A stretch of DNA of 64,000 nucleotides from positions 91,760,001 through 91,824,000 of the forward strand of contig OX597821.1 of NCBI GenBank assembly GCA_951406725.2, read 5' to 3'. The notes beneath the pieces are model-generated. The model was given only the letters and a program-made list of their open reading frames with translations, ran no database searches and was not told the DNA's origin. A program made the translations under genes and the position numbers. Numbering within the stretch: the stretch's first letter is position 1; every line of letters begins with the position of its first letter. The stretch is from Octopus vulgaris. Lineage: Eukaryota. This document shows positions 41,451-56,544 of the stretch, piece by piece.

Positions 41451-41737
41451 TGTTAGTACGAACAGTAATGATACATTTCAGGAAATGGAGACTAAAGACA
41501 GAGAATTAAGATTTCATTAAAAGTTTGTTGAAAACCACGAGTGTGTGTGTGTCCGTGTGTTATCGACGAGGCACAAAGCGGCGAGTTCTGGGGTTAGTTC
41601 TCGGTATCGAACATGAGCATGAGCACGAGTGTAGCCGGTCGGTCGGTCGGCAGGGAGTAAGTCTGAGTAGTATACGACATTATCGACGAAGACCACATGT
41701 TTGTGTGTCCGTGTGTACAAGGTACGAAGCTACAACA
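41451..41737. mobile_element. CpG-rich short insert, candidate solo LTR
   Basis: TGTT...AACA ends, internal direct repeats, sharp CpG contrast with flanks; no TSD seen. Confidence 0.45.
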
Positions 41738-42527
41738 AGAACAATTTTTTGTAGTTCGGAGGCTTTTAGATTTAGATTTTCTGCTTTTTCCTCATAATAT
41801 TTAAAGATATTTGGTATTATTCTCAAAGTGCCAATGATTAGCTACAGCTGCTATTGCTAGATCTCACATTTTTCAGATTTCTATTTCAACGTTGTTATAT
41901 ATTCTTAATTTTTCAATTTCTCAGACGTTTGGCAATCAGTTGAGATTAACATATTTTGGAGTAAATTTGTTTTTTCAATGTGATTCACACCAAAATATCA
42001 GGTCTATTGGCCTGAATAGATCAATCAATCTGAGCAGTAAAGTCTGAAGAAAAAGTGATGTGTTTTTCTTCTAATTTGGTAGGCTTATGTTCATACCAGT
42101 TTTTCTCGTATGGAAGCCGAAACTGACACCCTATGATGCCGTGTAAATACACACCAAGTCTATCATAGTGATAAGTATACCCAGCTGGGGCTAACATAGA
42201 TCAACCAGAAGTGAGATGGCCAATTGTTTCTCTGGTTGTATCACAAAAGTGGCAGGCAAGATCAGTCCTGCTTTTAAGAATGGCGACTCAATGAATTCTA
42301 GAGGACAGAGACAGAGCTGCTTTAATGAAGACTTCTGTTTCTGATTCGAGTTCAAATGCAGATAGCCACTGATAGATCATATTTGTATCTGCATCAGAAT
42401 CGTTGTCTCTTATAGGATATTTATCATGTAATGCCTTACTTTTCCATTTTTTAGGAATTCATAGGAATTGGCTCGTTTTTTACTTTATTTATTTATTTAT
42501 TTGGCTTTCATAGTGAATTCTGTTTCA

Positions 42528-42745
42528 TCTCTTTTACTCTCTTTTACTTGTTTCAGTCATTTGACTGCGGCCATGCTGGAGCACCGCCTTTAGTCGAGCA
42601 ACTCAACCCTGGAACTTATTCTTTGTAAGCCCAGTACTTATTCTATCAGTCTCTTTTGCCGAACCGCTAACTGACGGGGACGTAAACACACCAGCATCGG
42701 TTGTCAAACAATGCTAGGGGGACAAACACAGACATACAAACACAC

Positions 42746-42785
<40 letters not shown>

Positions 42786-42947
42786 GACAGGCTTCTTTCA
42801 GTTTCCGTCTACCAAATCCACTCACAAGGCATTGGTTGGCCCGAGGCTATAGTAGAAGACACTTGCCCAAGGTGCCACGCAGTGGGACTGAACCCGGAAC
42901 CATGTGGTTGGTAAGCAAGCTACTTACCACACAGCCACTCCTGCGCC
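42528..42947 (-). mobile_element. SINE family B
   Basis: Full-length family match. Confidence 0.93.
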
Positions 42948-43974
42948 TTACATTTGGCTACATTTACAATTCTTTTTTCTTGTCCTAATTGTGAATGCAG
43001 TTTCTTGTACTTTCTTGCTCGTATACATTTTCAAACTGCCAGTCATTAGTATTTATACTAAGATAGGTATCTAGCCTTATGGTTTCTGACCTCAAAAGCA
43101 GTTGCAGCAGCATCAGTCAAAGTCTTCTGTTCCTTCATGGGATGTATAGACTATCTACATCAACCTTTGGGTGATCCATGCGATACACTATGAGAAGCTT
43201 ACGAGTTTTTGAGTCAATTTTACTTATCTCATTTTATCATGTTTCAACACGTATAGCTAGGTATAGATAGCATCGAGTCTGTTTCTCACATTCAGTTCTA
43301 ACTCTACAGAAGCATTCTCTCCATATTTTCTCACTCATTATTAGGTGTAGGATACCAACCTTCTCATACACATTTAAATATTTGTAGTTTATTTCTTCAG
43401 GATCTAGTTCTTTGATTATGGTGGTTTAATTTCTTGATTACGGTATGTAGTAGGTTTTCAGATGTTTTCCCTTAAAGAATATGGTTTTAGTACATTTTTC
43501 TAGGTAAAACTCTGTTTCAGAATTGTCGCTAAATGTTTTACTATAGTTAAAAGTCATTCCACTAGTTGATCACATGCGTTAAAAGCTGCAAATTATTCAT
43601 GTAAAATGAGGTGATTGATTGATCTGTTATAGATTCTGTTATCATGTCTTGTATCATTTTATAGCTTACTTAGGGGAGAACCAAGAGCCATACTAAAGCA
43701 AATTGGTGATAGAAAATCACCTTGAAAAATGTCATAGCTTACATCAATGTCACCAGTATTTGCAGTACTTGCCTCTGAATTCAGTATTAGGGTTATCTTC
43801 TAGATCTTCAAACAATTTGATAGAAAATTACCAATAACTGCAGAGATTTCATCATCATCATCATTATCATCATCATCATCATCGACGTCGTCATTGTCAT
43901 CACCATCATCATCATTTAACGTCTGCTTTCCATGCTGACATGGGTTAGACAGTTTGAATGGAACTGGTAAGCTA

Positions 43975-44661
43975 GTAATGAGAGGTGAAGGTGGAGGAGT
44001 GTCAGATCACTTCTTAGTACAGAGTAAGTTGAAGGTATGCTCGAAATGGAATGCTAGGTGAGTGACAGGAAGGAGAGAGGTGAAGGTGAGAGAATAGATA
44101 AGAGAGAGAAGGAGCAGGAGTATGTAGAGGAACTGAGAGGTGAATATGAACAGGTTAAGAAACAGGAGGTAGGAGATGTGGAGGAGGAGTGGGAAGAGAC
44201 CTTAAGAGAGGCAGTAATGGGATGTGCCTCCGATATATGTGGTGCAAGACTGGTGTCGGAATGGGTGTGAGAAAAGGTGGTGAGTGGTAGAATGAGCAGG
44301 TAAGGGATGCGATGGCAGAGAAGAAAAGGGCCTTTGGAGAGTGGATGCAGAAAAGGGATGTAGAGACTTATGATCGCTACAGAGAAGTGAGGAAGAAAGT
44401 GGAGAGAGTGGTGAGGGTGGCGAAATGGGAGGTGAGTGACAGATTCGGGGCGGGAGTTGATTGAAAATTTTGTAAGAAATAAAACGATGTTTTGGAAAGA
44501 GGTACAGAGGGTAAGAAAGGTGGTTGGAGGAGGGGAAGAAAGGGTGAAGGATGTAAACTGGAAATTTGTTGAAAGGAAGTGAGGACGTACAAAGGAGATG
44601 GGCAGGGTATTTTAGTGAGCTGTTAAATATGGAGGATGATTGGGAGGCAAGTATAGTAGCT
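43975..44661 (+). mobile_element. RTE-like LINE internal fragment (endonuclease end plus linker)
   Basis: GVSDHFLVQSKLKV, W.TLREAV..CAS, GSEDVQRRWAGYFSELLN; frameshifted. Confidence 0.8.
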
Positions 44662-44662
44662 G

Positions 44663-44693
<31 letters not shown>

Positions 44694-44802
44694 CATCACC
44701 ATCGTCGTCATCGTCGTCATCATCATCATCACCATCGTTGTCATCATCATCATCATCATCATCACCATCATCATCATCACCATCGTCATCATCATCATCA
44801 TT

Positions 44803-44844
<42 letters not shown>

Positions 44845-44868
44845 GTCATCGTCATCATTATCATCATC
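44662..44868. repeat. (CAT)n microsatellite
   Basis: Directly visible; source of the poly-H/D/M/S ORFs. Confidence 0.98.
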
Positions 44869-45042
44869 TTTCAGTCTTGTTTCCATTCTTGTCAAGTGTC
44901 TCCTTGATGCCCAGGGCAGGGAAACTCACTGTATATATTGGTAGGCTATTAAAATAAAGACACCAGATTGTTCATTTACAAAGTCATGCAATAGAGAAAG
45001 AAGGAAAGAAAGACAGAGAGGAGAAGTAAAAAAGAAAAAAAG

Positions 45043-45082
<40 letters not shown>

Positions 45083-45084
<2 letters not shown>

Positions 45085-45460
45085 GAAGACATCGCACAGT
45101 ATCCAATATTGTGATGTTGTAGATTGAAGATATTCTATATACCAGGGGTTTGTACTGTCTGTCAAGTCACAACAAGGACCTCAGACTGACAGTACTTTAT
45201 GCAGTATATGTGTAGTTCCAAGTAAAGCCGATTTTTACCATATACCAAGACTGTAGTATATATCTTAAGTTTCCAGATGTTTCTTCAGGTTGGGTGGTAT
45301 TGAACCCAAAGTTTCTACGACAAAAGGAACAATAATTGCTTGTATAAACCTGAACTTGTAATCTGAGTAGAGTAACTGTAGACTTCTCAATAGTTCAGCG
45401 TAGGTGTTTTCTTTCTTGCTTATCTTTAGCCTTATAAAAACATCTGCTGGGCAACTAATA
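45083..45460 (-). mobile_element. Restriction-like-endonuclease LINE 3' end (Dong/R4-like) abutting (TAA)n
   Basis: Minus strand K.NTYAELLR.LQLLY.DYKF...PFVVETLGSIPPNLKKHLE...SALLGTTHILHKVL, running into (TAA)n at 45044-45082. Confidence 0.7.
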
Positions 45461-45480
45461 GCATGTATGTATGTATGTGT

Positions 45481-45780
45481 GGAGGTACATAGTCTAGTGG
45501 TTAGAGCAGCAGACTCGCGGTCGAGGGATCATGGGTTCGAATTTCAGACCGGGCTATGTGTGTGTTTATGAGGGAAACACTTAAGCTCCATGCGGCTCCA
45601 GCAGAAGGTAATGGCGAACTTCTGCTGACTCTTTCGCCACAACTTTCTCTCACTCTTTCTTCCTGCATCTTGCAGCTCACCTCTGAAGGACCGGCGTCCT
45701 GTCCAGGTGGGGAACCTATATGCTAAGGAAACCGGGAAACCAGCCCTTATGAGCCTGGCATGGCTTAAGAAGGAACAAAC
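45481..45780 (+). mobile_element. tRNA-derived SINE family D
   Basis: A-box tagtctagtgg, B-box ggttcgaattt; second copy at 63168. Confidence 0.88.
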
Positions 45781-46097
45781 ATGTATGTATGTATGTATGA
45801 GTGCATGGTGGAGTCTCCTTGTTTTGGAATCACATGATACATTTATATAAGCATCATCATCATCATACAAGATGTTTCCTTCATTTCCAATCTTCAGTGA
45901 AAATATTTCTGACTATAGAAAATCTTCCTGAACGAATTCCATCTGAAGCATGTGAGCATAGAGAAATAGTTGGTAAAATTATGAAGATGATGGTGATATA
46001 TATATATATATATATATATATGGGGTGGCTGTATACATTTATGAGGTGGGTGTATGTATTTGTGTTTTCATATTTGTGTACATATATAGATATTTAT

Positions 46098-46129
<32 letters not shown>

Positions 46130-46879
46130 GTATGTGTATGTCTGTATGTTTATGTGTGTGTATGTGCATGTGTGTGTGTTTGCATGTGTATGTGTATGCG
46201 AGGGTGTGTGTTTCTAAATATGTGAACATGTGTAAATTAAGTTAGTGAGTATTTTTATATATATTTATACATCAAAATGATATTTGAGTGTTTGCACATG
46301 GGTATGGTTATGCCTGGAAATATATCATTTACAGCATTTATTTAAGAAATTTTTCAATGTGTAATAATCCATTATTATTGATTTAATGAGCTTTCTATTT
46401 ACTGCATATTATTCATTCAGTTATCAATTCATTTATCTATATATTTACATATTTATTATATTCATGTTTATGCATTTTTGAAAATTGATTATGAAACAGT
46501 TATATTTTTTTCATATGTGTATCTAGTTTACTTAACATGAAGTGACGTCACTTGATTTTACTGTCTACTCTACCTCTCTTTGATGTCATATATCGTGAAG
46601 AAATAATTTTGACTGTTATTTTTCAAATTCACATTAAACTTGTGAATTTCAGAAATATTCTCAAATAATTCAATTGCATTTGTACATTCAAGATGTATTT
46701 TATTTCAGAATAGATTTGAATGGGTGAAAGTAAAGTTTCTTTGCTAAAACATTAAATCTGTAAAATAAATCTATTTGCTCTCCAGTTATCTTTAACTCAT
46801 ACAGAGTTCTCTTTGTATTTCTGGTTTCCTTGATCTTCCATAAAAAAAACAGTTTTCCTAAACACGCACATCCACATGT

Positions 46880-47298
46880 GGCACAGGAGTGGCTGTGTGG
46901 TAAGTAGCTTGCTTACCAACCACATGGTTCCGGGTTCAGTCCCACTGCGTGGCATCTTGGGCAAGTGTCTTCTACTATAGCCTCGGGCCAACCAAAGCCT
47001 TGTGAGTGGATTTGGTAGACAGAAACTGAAAGAAGCCCGTCGTATATATGTATATATATATATATATGTATGTGTGTGTATATGTTTGTGTGTCTGTGTT
47101 TGTCCCCCTAGCATTGCTTGACAACCGATGCTGGTGTGTTTACGTCCCCGTCACTTAGCGGTTCGGCAAAAGAGACCGATAGAATAAGTACTGGGCTTAC
47201 AAAGAATAAGTTCCAGGGTCGATTTGCTTGACTAAAGCCGGTGCTCCAGCATGGCCGCAGTCAAATGACTGAAATAAGTAAAAGAGTAAAATAGTAAG
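46880..47298 (+). mobile_element. SINE family B
   Basis: Full-length family match. Confidence 0.93.
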
Positions 47299-47939
47299 AG
47301 TATGCACATAAGCTCGTATATATGCATGTATATATGTATGAAAAGTTTCACTCACATCTGCATTACAAAACATTCCACAGAAGCAAAAAGCATATTTGAT
47401 CATTTGTCTGTCATAACACTGAGCGATGAAACATCCACATTCTAAATGAAGCTAATGTCACTGGCTAATAATGGAAAATCGTTTCCCCTACTCAGTTTAG
47501 CCACATGGTGGAAACTGTATATTGTTGACTGCTAGTTGGAAGTAATTCTGGCATAATTGAAAGGAGTAGCCTTTGATTCTTTTCAAAATTAAAGATATCA
47601 GTAAAATGAAGAGATTAGTATTCACAACTAATGGATTCAAATTAGCTAAGAGTGAGCTCTGTTGGTGGTAAAAGCATGAAAGTCTAATTCTCTTAAGGGA
47701 TTCAGTTGACTATTGTAATATGTGCAGATTCTTACAGATTCTGATATAGCATGAGTAAGAAAGGAGATGGTTTGTTATACTAGATCATAAAAGTGTGTGG
47801 TTGGGAATAATTTTCCTTCTACAGAATCTTTCAGATGAAACAAGACAGATACGTGTAGAGTTCCCTATCTCAGAATACAAAATAAATATGAACCTTTCCT
47901 TAAAGTCATTGGTATATCTCCTAGAGATGTTATCATGTA

Positions 47940-47999
<60 letters not shown>

Positions 48000-48227
48000 A
48001 TATATATATAAACAAAATCAAACACACATATACAAGGTGTGTGTGTTATTAGTTTGTTAGGCATAAGATATATTCACAATGCACCTGGTGTTAAAAACAC
48101 AACACCAAGTGCATTGAAAATACATTCTCTTATGTTTAAACCACAGCTAACCCATGAACTAACAATACTTGTATGTGTGTTCAATTTTGTTTATAAACCT
48201 CGAGCTGCTTTTAATTCATATTTGAAC

Positions 48228-48378
<151 letters not shown>

Positions 48379-48969
48379 CGCATCTCATTCATAAGTACAT
48401 ATTCATAAGTGAATCATGTCATGTTTGACGTGGAAATACCTATGTCCAATGCAGTCTCCCAAAGTTGTGAGATTTATGTTATATATATGCAAAGCTTGGG
48501 TAACCTTACATTGATGTGTCCACTACCAAAGCCACAATTCAAGCTAAGGATTATGTGTGAAAGCTAGTAGATGGAATCTCTGTGAAATCCCATCAGATGG
48601 CATATACCTATTGCTGGATTGTACATTGAATCTAATGCCTGGTTTGACACCATTACATTGCCTTCGAGATTTTGCTTAAAGTGATGTCTAAATATCTGAG
48701 CTCTCCAGCTAAATGACAGCCCATGGGTTGCAGTTTCTTCTTTCTTCCCCTGACCCGACACTCTCATAGGTTCTGCACAAAGGTCATAGTGCTTTCTTTC
48801 CTTCTCTCAGTAAGCCATAAGAAGCATTGATAGAATAACAAGGATAGAGCTAGGAGATGAAACACAATAATGAGTCAATCATTAGCAATCGATCAATTCA
48901 ATTAATTAGACTTTGGAAGTAACAGCAGCTGTACAATCAATCAATAAATCTATCTATCTATTTATCAAC

Positions 48970-49005
<36 letters not shown>

Positions 49006-49117
49006 AAATCTATATATCTATTTATCTATCTATCTTTCTATTTGCATATCTTGCTATCTATTTATTTATCTATGTATCTATCCATCTATCCATCTTTTTC
49101 TCTCACTCTCTCTCATC

Positions 49118-49179
<62 letters not shown>

Positions 49180-50264
49180 ATATATATAAGCAGTAACACG
49201 TATGCATGTACATTATTTGTTTAAAATAATCTTCCAGGTATTTTCTTCATGTTTAATTGACTGCATCCAGTGGTTGCTTAATATCCGAATGATATGATTG
49301 AAAGAATAGGCTCACATTTAATTTGATGTTGTAAATTGCCCTGAACAACATTCCTACTGGAAGAATTGGGAACAGCCTGCAGCAAATGATGTTTTTGCTT
49401 TATGAGAAATGCGCTCCCAATTTCTTTTCTTGTTTTTCTTTGGGTTTTTTTTACCATTTATTCAGCACAGAGATATTTTTACAGGCAATGTCATTTAACC
49501 TCCATCTTCTTTCTTCTATTAAAAGAAGGAAGATTGGAAATCTTCCTTCTTTTTTCTTTTTTTCTTACATCATCATTACCATTTTCTTCAGTTCTGCCAT
49601 GATGATTTGTCAAGTTGTCAGTTACTCATCTTTTCCTAATACTTCTTCAAGATCATTTTAATGTCTTTTTCTCCTTTGACTTTATTTTATATTTTCTTAT
49701 TTCTGCTTTTACATCTTCATCATTACTTAGCATTTTTATTTTTTCTTTACTTTTATCCTCTTTTTTTCTCATTTGCTTTTCCATTAATATTCTTACATAA
49801 TGAATATAGAATACTTATGCTAATATATTAATTTGACTTCTCTAATGATCATAAAGCCATAATTAGCATAGTTCTTAGCTTATTCAATGTAACTGAGAAA
49901 TGAAACCATTTAAGAGAAGCAAATAAAGAGACTGAATTCATATCTTACTTTCCTATCTGCCTGATATATCTGAAAATGATCTACCTATTTCAGATCATAC
50001 AGGTTAAAGATTGGTTTATAAAAGCCTTCTTGCTTTGTCTCTCTTGCTTCCAGTTACTGATATACATACATAATATTTACCTGGCTCAAACCAATCTTTT
50101 TTTAAATCATTAACACTAAAAGTAGGTATCTCTAGTCTTCACATGTCAATATTTTGCTTCGTTTCTCTTATAATAATTATCTTAGCAATGAATACCTTCT
50201 AGCAATTTGCTACATCCACCATATTACCTTGATATGTCTATACCACTTTTACATCTCTACACAG

Positions 50265-50750
50265 TTATCGCAAAAGTAAATAGATACCCCTCTGTATTCT
50301 GTTTTATCCATGTAGACGTTACTTTGTGCTTCAAACACGTAAATGTACAAGCAAAACGCGCCCCCCCCCCCATCCATCCAATGGACGGCGCTGAGTTATC
50401 AAACATTTAAACCAAATTTTCTCAAAACAACTTGTCTGACCGTCCCATCAGCCTCTCCTTTGAGAAACACTGATTTAACCTAAATTTCGGACACCAGCAA
50501 AAGAAGAAATAAAGATAGAATTTTTTTTATATTCCAAGAAAAACGATTTTACAAATGTACGTTCCCATGGCTTTATCGATAGCATTCTCACCTGGAATCG
50601 ATTTTTGTAATTTTTTCAAGACTTATACACGCCCTGATACTGTCGGGATCTACATATCAAATTTGAACGCAATTGGATGGAGGATGCCCAAGATCCAAGA
50701 AGACACACACACACACACACACAGACAGAATGGATTTTATATAATGGATT
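50265..50750 (-). mobile_element. Helitron-like non-autonomous remnant
   Basis: CpG-richer block ending (ca)n-gacag...ttttatataatggat, similar in layout to the Helitron end at 8031; other end unresolved. Confidence 0.45.
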
Positions 50751-51019
50751 ATCATTTTTCAGTCAAGTTCATTAATCAATTATAGCATCTAGATGTGCCA
50801 TGAATACCAGAAACAAGAGCTGTCTGATTTTCAAAGGGGTTACATTATTATTCAAAGGTGGGTATGTTTGATTTTCAAAGGGAGTATAATGTGGATTTAG
50901 CCACCATAAGGTGGCACAACACTTGTTTCCACAATCAGCAGAATGATTGTACAACTCACCAGCAAAGAAATGGAATCAAGAGCATCTCGGTCATGTTGAC
51001 CTGTGGCCACTAACAGGTG

Positions 51020-51560
51020 GCTATAGGCTATCAAGCAGATTGTTGACAATAATCTCCATTGTAAAACAGCTGATGTTGCAGAACAAGTCCAAATGAATTA
51101 AAGTACTTTGGAGAGGCATCTCCATGAACTTGACTACTGTAGCAAAGTTGTTACAAGGAAACCTCTTCAGCCACGACCCACTCACTGGAGAATCCAGTGC
51201 AGCACACCAAAGAAAACATGGGTCAAACAAACTGAGGAAAAGCTGAGGTCACAGCACCTTGACCTGGAGCATGCTATTACCAGTACCTATTTCTTTATTA
51301 CCCACAAGGGGCTAAACATAGAGGGGACAAACATAGACAGACATAGGTATTAAGTCGATTACATCGACCCCAGTGCGTAACTGGTACTTAATTTATCGAC
51401 CTCGAAACGATGAAAGGCAAAGTCGACGGAATTTGAACTCACAATGTAACGGCAGCCAAAATACCGCTAAGCATTTCGCTCCACGTGCTAACGATTCTGC
51501 CAGCTCGCTCAGTACCATGGATCAGAAAGTGTGGAATAACATCATCACCAGAGTCTATCA
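51020..51560 (+). mobile_element. RTE-like LINE 3' fragment interrupted by a family A SINE (51288-51509, minus)
   Basis: TPKKTWVKQTEEKLR...LEHA resumes as MDQKVW after the SINE; TSD cagtacc. Confidence 0.7.
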
Positions 51561-51672
51561 TCCAGTGGCACCCACAGCAGCATATTGGTTGAGAGGACAG
51601 CCTCCCCTTTGGTAGCTAGCTAGGGATTTTACTTAATTACTTACTTACTTATTTTTATCCATCCTTATATTC

Positions 51673-51820
51673 ATCATCATCATCATCATTTAATGTCCAC
51701 TTTCCATGCTAGCATGGGCTGGACGGTTTGACTGAGGTCTGGTGAACCAGACTCCAATCTGATCTGGCAGAGTTTCTGCAGCTGGATGCCCTTCCTAACG
51801 CCAACCACTCCGAGAGTGTG
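51673..51820 (-). mobile_element. SINE-like family C
   Basis: Reverse-complement match to the 33510 element. Confidence 0.85.
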
Positions 51821-53319
51821 CAGAGTATCCATGCGTCACCTCTAAAGTGAGACACTTGTACTATTTCCTTTGTCATACTTTACTCACAACACCCAGCATA
51901 AAACCACCAACAGAGTGCTTCATTTGAACTTTTCTACTAACGAAATATGAATGAGGGTAAAAACAGTGGTTGTGAGAAATTTCAACAGTCTCATGTTAGA
52001 AAGACACTGCATGATTAATAATTTTAGTTCATTGGCTTACAGTGTTAGGTTCAAGTGCTGATTTGGGCAAACCAATGGGGTGTAGATTTGCACTATTTAC
52101 AAAAGAAACAACATATCTCTATGCTGAGGTAACATCCAAAACATTTCACCAATAATGTTTTATTCACAACAGTTTGAAGAAAGTTTCCACCATTATTCCA
52201 AAACCTTGGGAAATATTTGAACAAATATGAATATTATTTTTAGCAATTAGAGACAACTGGACAACCAATATACTAAAATCATATTGAATAATGATGATGA
52301 TCCGCTTCACTCTCCATCTCCTCCTTCTCCCCAGCATTGTTGTCATTGTCGCCATTGTCCTCCTCATCATCATCATCATCATCATTACAAGCTGCACTCA
52401 TAATTATCTCCAGAATTTAACTGTCATTTCGCTGTGCATCAGTATCGATTCTTTAGACAATTGGGTTGTGTATTTCCATTTGCTTCAAAAAGGATTTTTT
52501 TTTGGTTTTAATATTTCTTTATCAAGTACTGAAGGAAAGATTAATATTTCATCATCTTTTAACTATTTTACAAAATATTTTATTTACATTTATATAAAAG
52601 AAAGAAACATTTACATAGTCGCTCTATTGTTTGATTGAATCTTATCAATTGGGTTTGTATGTATAATAAAATGAAATTTGCAATCAATATCTTGCTATTG
52701 TAAACTTTTGTTTTAATGAATAAATAATATCAAATCTATCTGTTCAATAGAAATTTACATAACATGTCCATCTGTTCAGACGCCATCTATAGAGTGTGTC
52801 TAACTATTCAATATCTACAGGTACTTTTTTAAAAAGTGAATAATATTCTACTTGTAAAATATTAAACATATTTAATTAGTATAGGAATTTTCCTCCCTGT
52901 GTGACATACCTCTAGGCATCAGGAATCATGAGCCTTCATTCTCTTTTGTCCAACACACAATTAATAAGTTACTATGTTGGCCTTCCTTTAGCCAGCTGGT
53001 AGGGTCATCCTGTATCTTTTTTTTTTGTTTTTCCTACTTTCTTTTTTGTTTTCTAGGTTCAAGATGTGGCCTTGCTATGTGATGCTCAATAAACTTTCTT
53101 ACCTCCTGTTTCCTGTCGTTGAGAAGATCTCTGTTGGTTTCTGGTCATCTTAGGGTTTGGATGCATTCTGTCTAAGAACACAACGACCACCTTCTCTGGT
53201 GGTTTTCCTCCCCACATGACATGTTTAATCTGTATTTGGCCATCCCAAAAAACTACATTCAGAAATTAAAATATTCTTTTCTACCCGAAGTACAAGTCTC
53301 AAAATTTTTGAGGACGTGG

Positions 53320-53697
53320 CCAGTTGATTAGATCGCCTCCAGTATGCAACTGGTACTTAATTTATCGACTCTGAAAGGATGAAAGGTAAAGTTGACCTTG
53401 GTGGAATTTGAACTCAGAATGTAAAGACAGACGAAATGCCACTAAGTATTTCACCTGACATGCTAATGTTTCTTATTTATTTATTGCCCACAAGGGGCTA
53501 AACATAGAGGGAACAAACAAGGACAAAGGGATTAAGTCGATTATATCGACTCCAGTTCGTAACTGGTACTTAATTTATCGACCCCAAAAGGATGAAAGGC
53601 AAAGACCTTGGTGGAATTTGAAATTAGAACATAACGGCAGACAAAATACCGCTAAGCATTTTGCCCAGTGTGCTAACATTTCTGCCATCTTGCCACC
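53320..53697 (-). mobile_element. Two adjacent or nested family A SINEs
   Basis: Body aactggtacttaatttatcgac...gaatttga occurs twice. Confidence 0.85.
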
Positions 53698-54489
53698 TAG
53701 AGAAGTTAAAATATTGTCAAACTGAAGGTAAAATGCCCCTATTTTCAGAATGTCAAGTCCTTTTACTTGTTAGTCAAAGGAACAGTGGAGGCTGCCTAAG
53801 CTTAACTATAAATCCCAGAAAGACTCTAAGGATACCAAACTAAATTTTAACATCACAAACCTTTTACTGCGGTGTCTTCTTGTCTGTGTGCATGTATGTG
53901 TATACTGACACAGGGATATAGTTTTAAGGAAATTTATGAGAAGTAGTGTATGATTCTGATTTATTCATGTTGATGTACTCTTGGGGAGTGGAAACGAATT
54001 CTTATTGCAAAGCCTTAAGCATACATCATCTAAGTTGATTGCACATTAAATAAAATGCAGAATTTTTTTTTTTTTACTTTCAGAAATACATGCAAGTATT
54101 ATCTTTTGTAGTATAATATAAAATAAAGAAGTGTCCACATGAAATGGTAGGTGAAGGAAAAACAGGATAAGAAGCAACGTATAAGTAATAATAAACATAA
54201 TAAATAATGAAAGCAGGATAAATGAAATGCTTTTGTTTATTCTTAAAATTGTGTGTGGTGAGCGCAAGTGTGTTCTGGAGGGGGTGGGGGTGGAAGGAGT
54301 GAGACAAAGAGAGGGGAATAGAGAACCCCACTCTTGCTGTGGTGATAGTGGTGATATGAGATTCACAGGAAGAACTCTATAGATATGGAAACATCTGTCT
54401 TTCTGGCACTTTGCTTTGTATCCCTAAACTTTACCATTGTTAAAGGAATAAAAGGTAGGAAACTCAAAATAGCTTTGCAACTCATACAC

Positions 54490-55156
<667 letters not shown>

Positions 55157-56043
55157 AATGAATATAGGCATAAACATTTATATGTACCTCCATAAGCACA
55201 CTCATACTAAATAAAGTGAATCCCTCCTGACGCTAAGCAAAACTCTTGGATTCAATGTTTGTTAAGGGCATTTTCTTGTTATTCTTCTTAATGCTGGCAT
55301 TGCCCTCGTGTGGACTTACTGCATTGTTTCTCTTTCTTCTTGGTGGTGCAAATTGAAAGAGTAAAGATATTTTGTATTGCATAGTTTCTTCATCAAATAT
55401 TTACAGGGAAAACTGCATGATCATACTTCCCATAAGAACAGATGGTGTCAAAATAACAATTCGTTTTGAACAGAAATAGCAAAGATATTGCTTAAACAAG
55501 TGTCACAATGGTGCCATTTCGACACATTAGGCTTAGTAAATAAGAATTTGGCCTTCTACTTGTAAGAATTTTTACATATCGTTGCTGAAGTGTAAGAAGA
55601 AAAGTTTTAGCACAGTGCAGTTAGAAATGTAATGTCTATTGTGAAATATACTTAAGAACGGTGTAAGAATAATACACATTCACATGCTTATACATACCTG
55701 CACACATGCATACAAACATGCACATACATACACATACATATGCACATACATGCACATTCATGCTCAAACACACATACACATATGCACACAGATATACATA
55801 CGTATGTATACACAAGTGTCAGAAATTTACTCCATTCTTTCATCATTCACACGGCAATTTGTGAGAACTGTGGGGGGTTTGTTTTTTGTAAATTCAGAAG
55901 CAGTCAAGCACTTAACAATTGAGCAACTGAATGCTCATGTGTGAAACTGATAGGAGCACTCTATAATGTAATAAATATATAAATACACACACATACACAA
56001 GTGCACACACATATATGTAATGACAGTCATGGTTTACATATAT

Positions 56044-56270
56044 ATTTCTTTACTACCCACAAGGGGCTAAACACAGAGGGGACAAACAAGGACAGACAAA
56101 CGGATTAAGTCGATTACATCGCCCCCAGTGCGTAACTGGTACTTAATTTATCGACCCCGAAAGGATGAAAGGCAAAGTCGACTTCGGCGGAATTTGAACC
56201 CAGAACGTAACGGCAGACAAAATACGGCTACGCATTTCGCCCGGTGTGCTAACGCTTCTGCCAGCTCGCC
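56044..56270 (-). mobile_element. SINE family A
   Basis: Full-length family match. Confidence 0.93.
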
Positions 56271-56305
56271 GATACATAATGTGTGCGTATGTCTGTACGA
56301 AAATA

Positions 56306-56343
<38 letters not shown>

Positions 56344-56544
56344 ACATGTGTTATCGTCATTACTTTAGTGTTCCTTTCCTCTGGACCAGCGGAAATTCAT
56401 TGAGGCAGTTTTATTTTACACTTAGAAGCTTTTCCTGTTTCTCAGTAAAGTAATATTTTCTCATATCAAGGCATGTTTTCCACAGGAGACAGGAAGCTCT
56501 CAACAGCTACATTATGGCTAGAAGATTACAGTTTACACAAAGTA

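Noticed and set aside
48564-48767. Unique short ORFs (also 11631-11816, 60903-61178 and a possible minus-strand donor near 55320)
   Set aside because: No recognisable domain and no coherent splice structure
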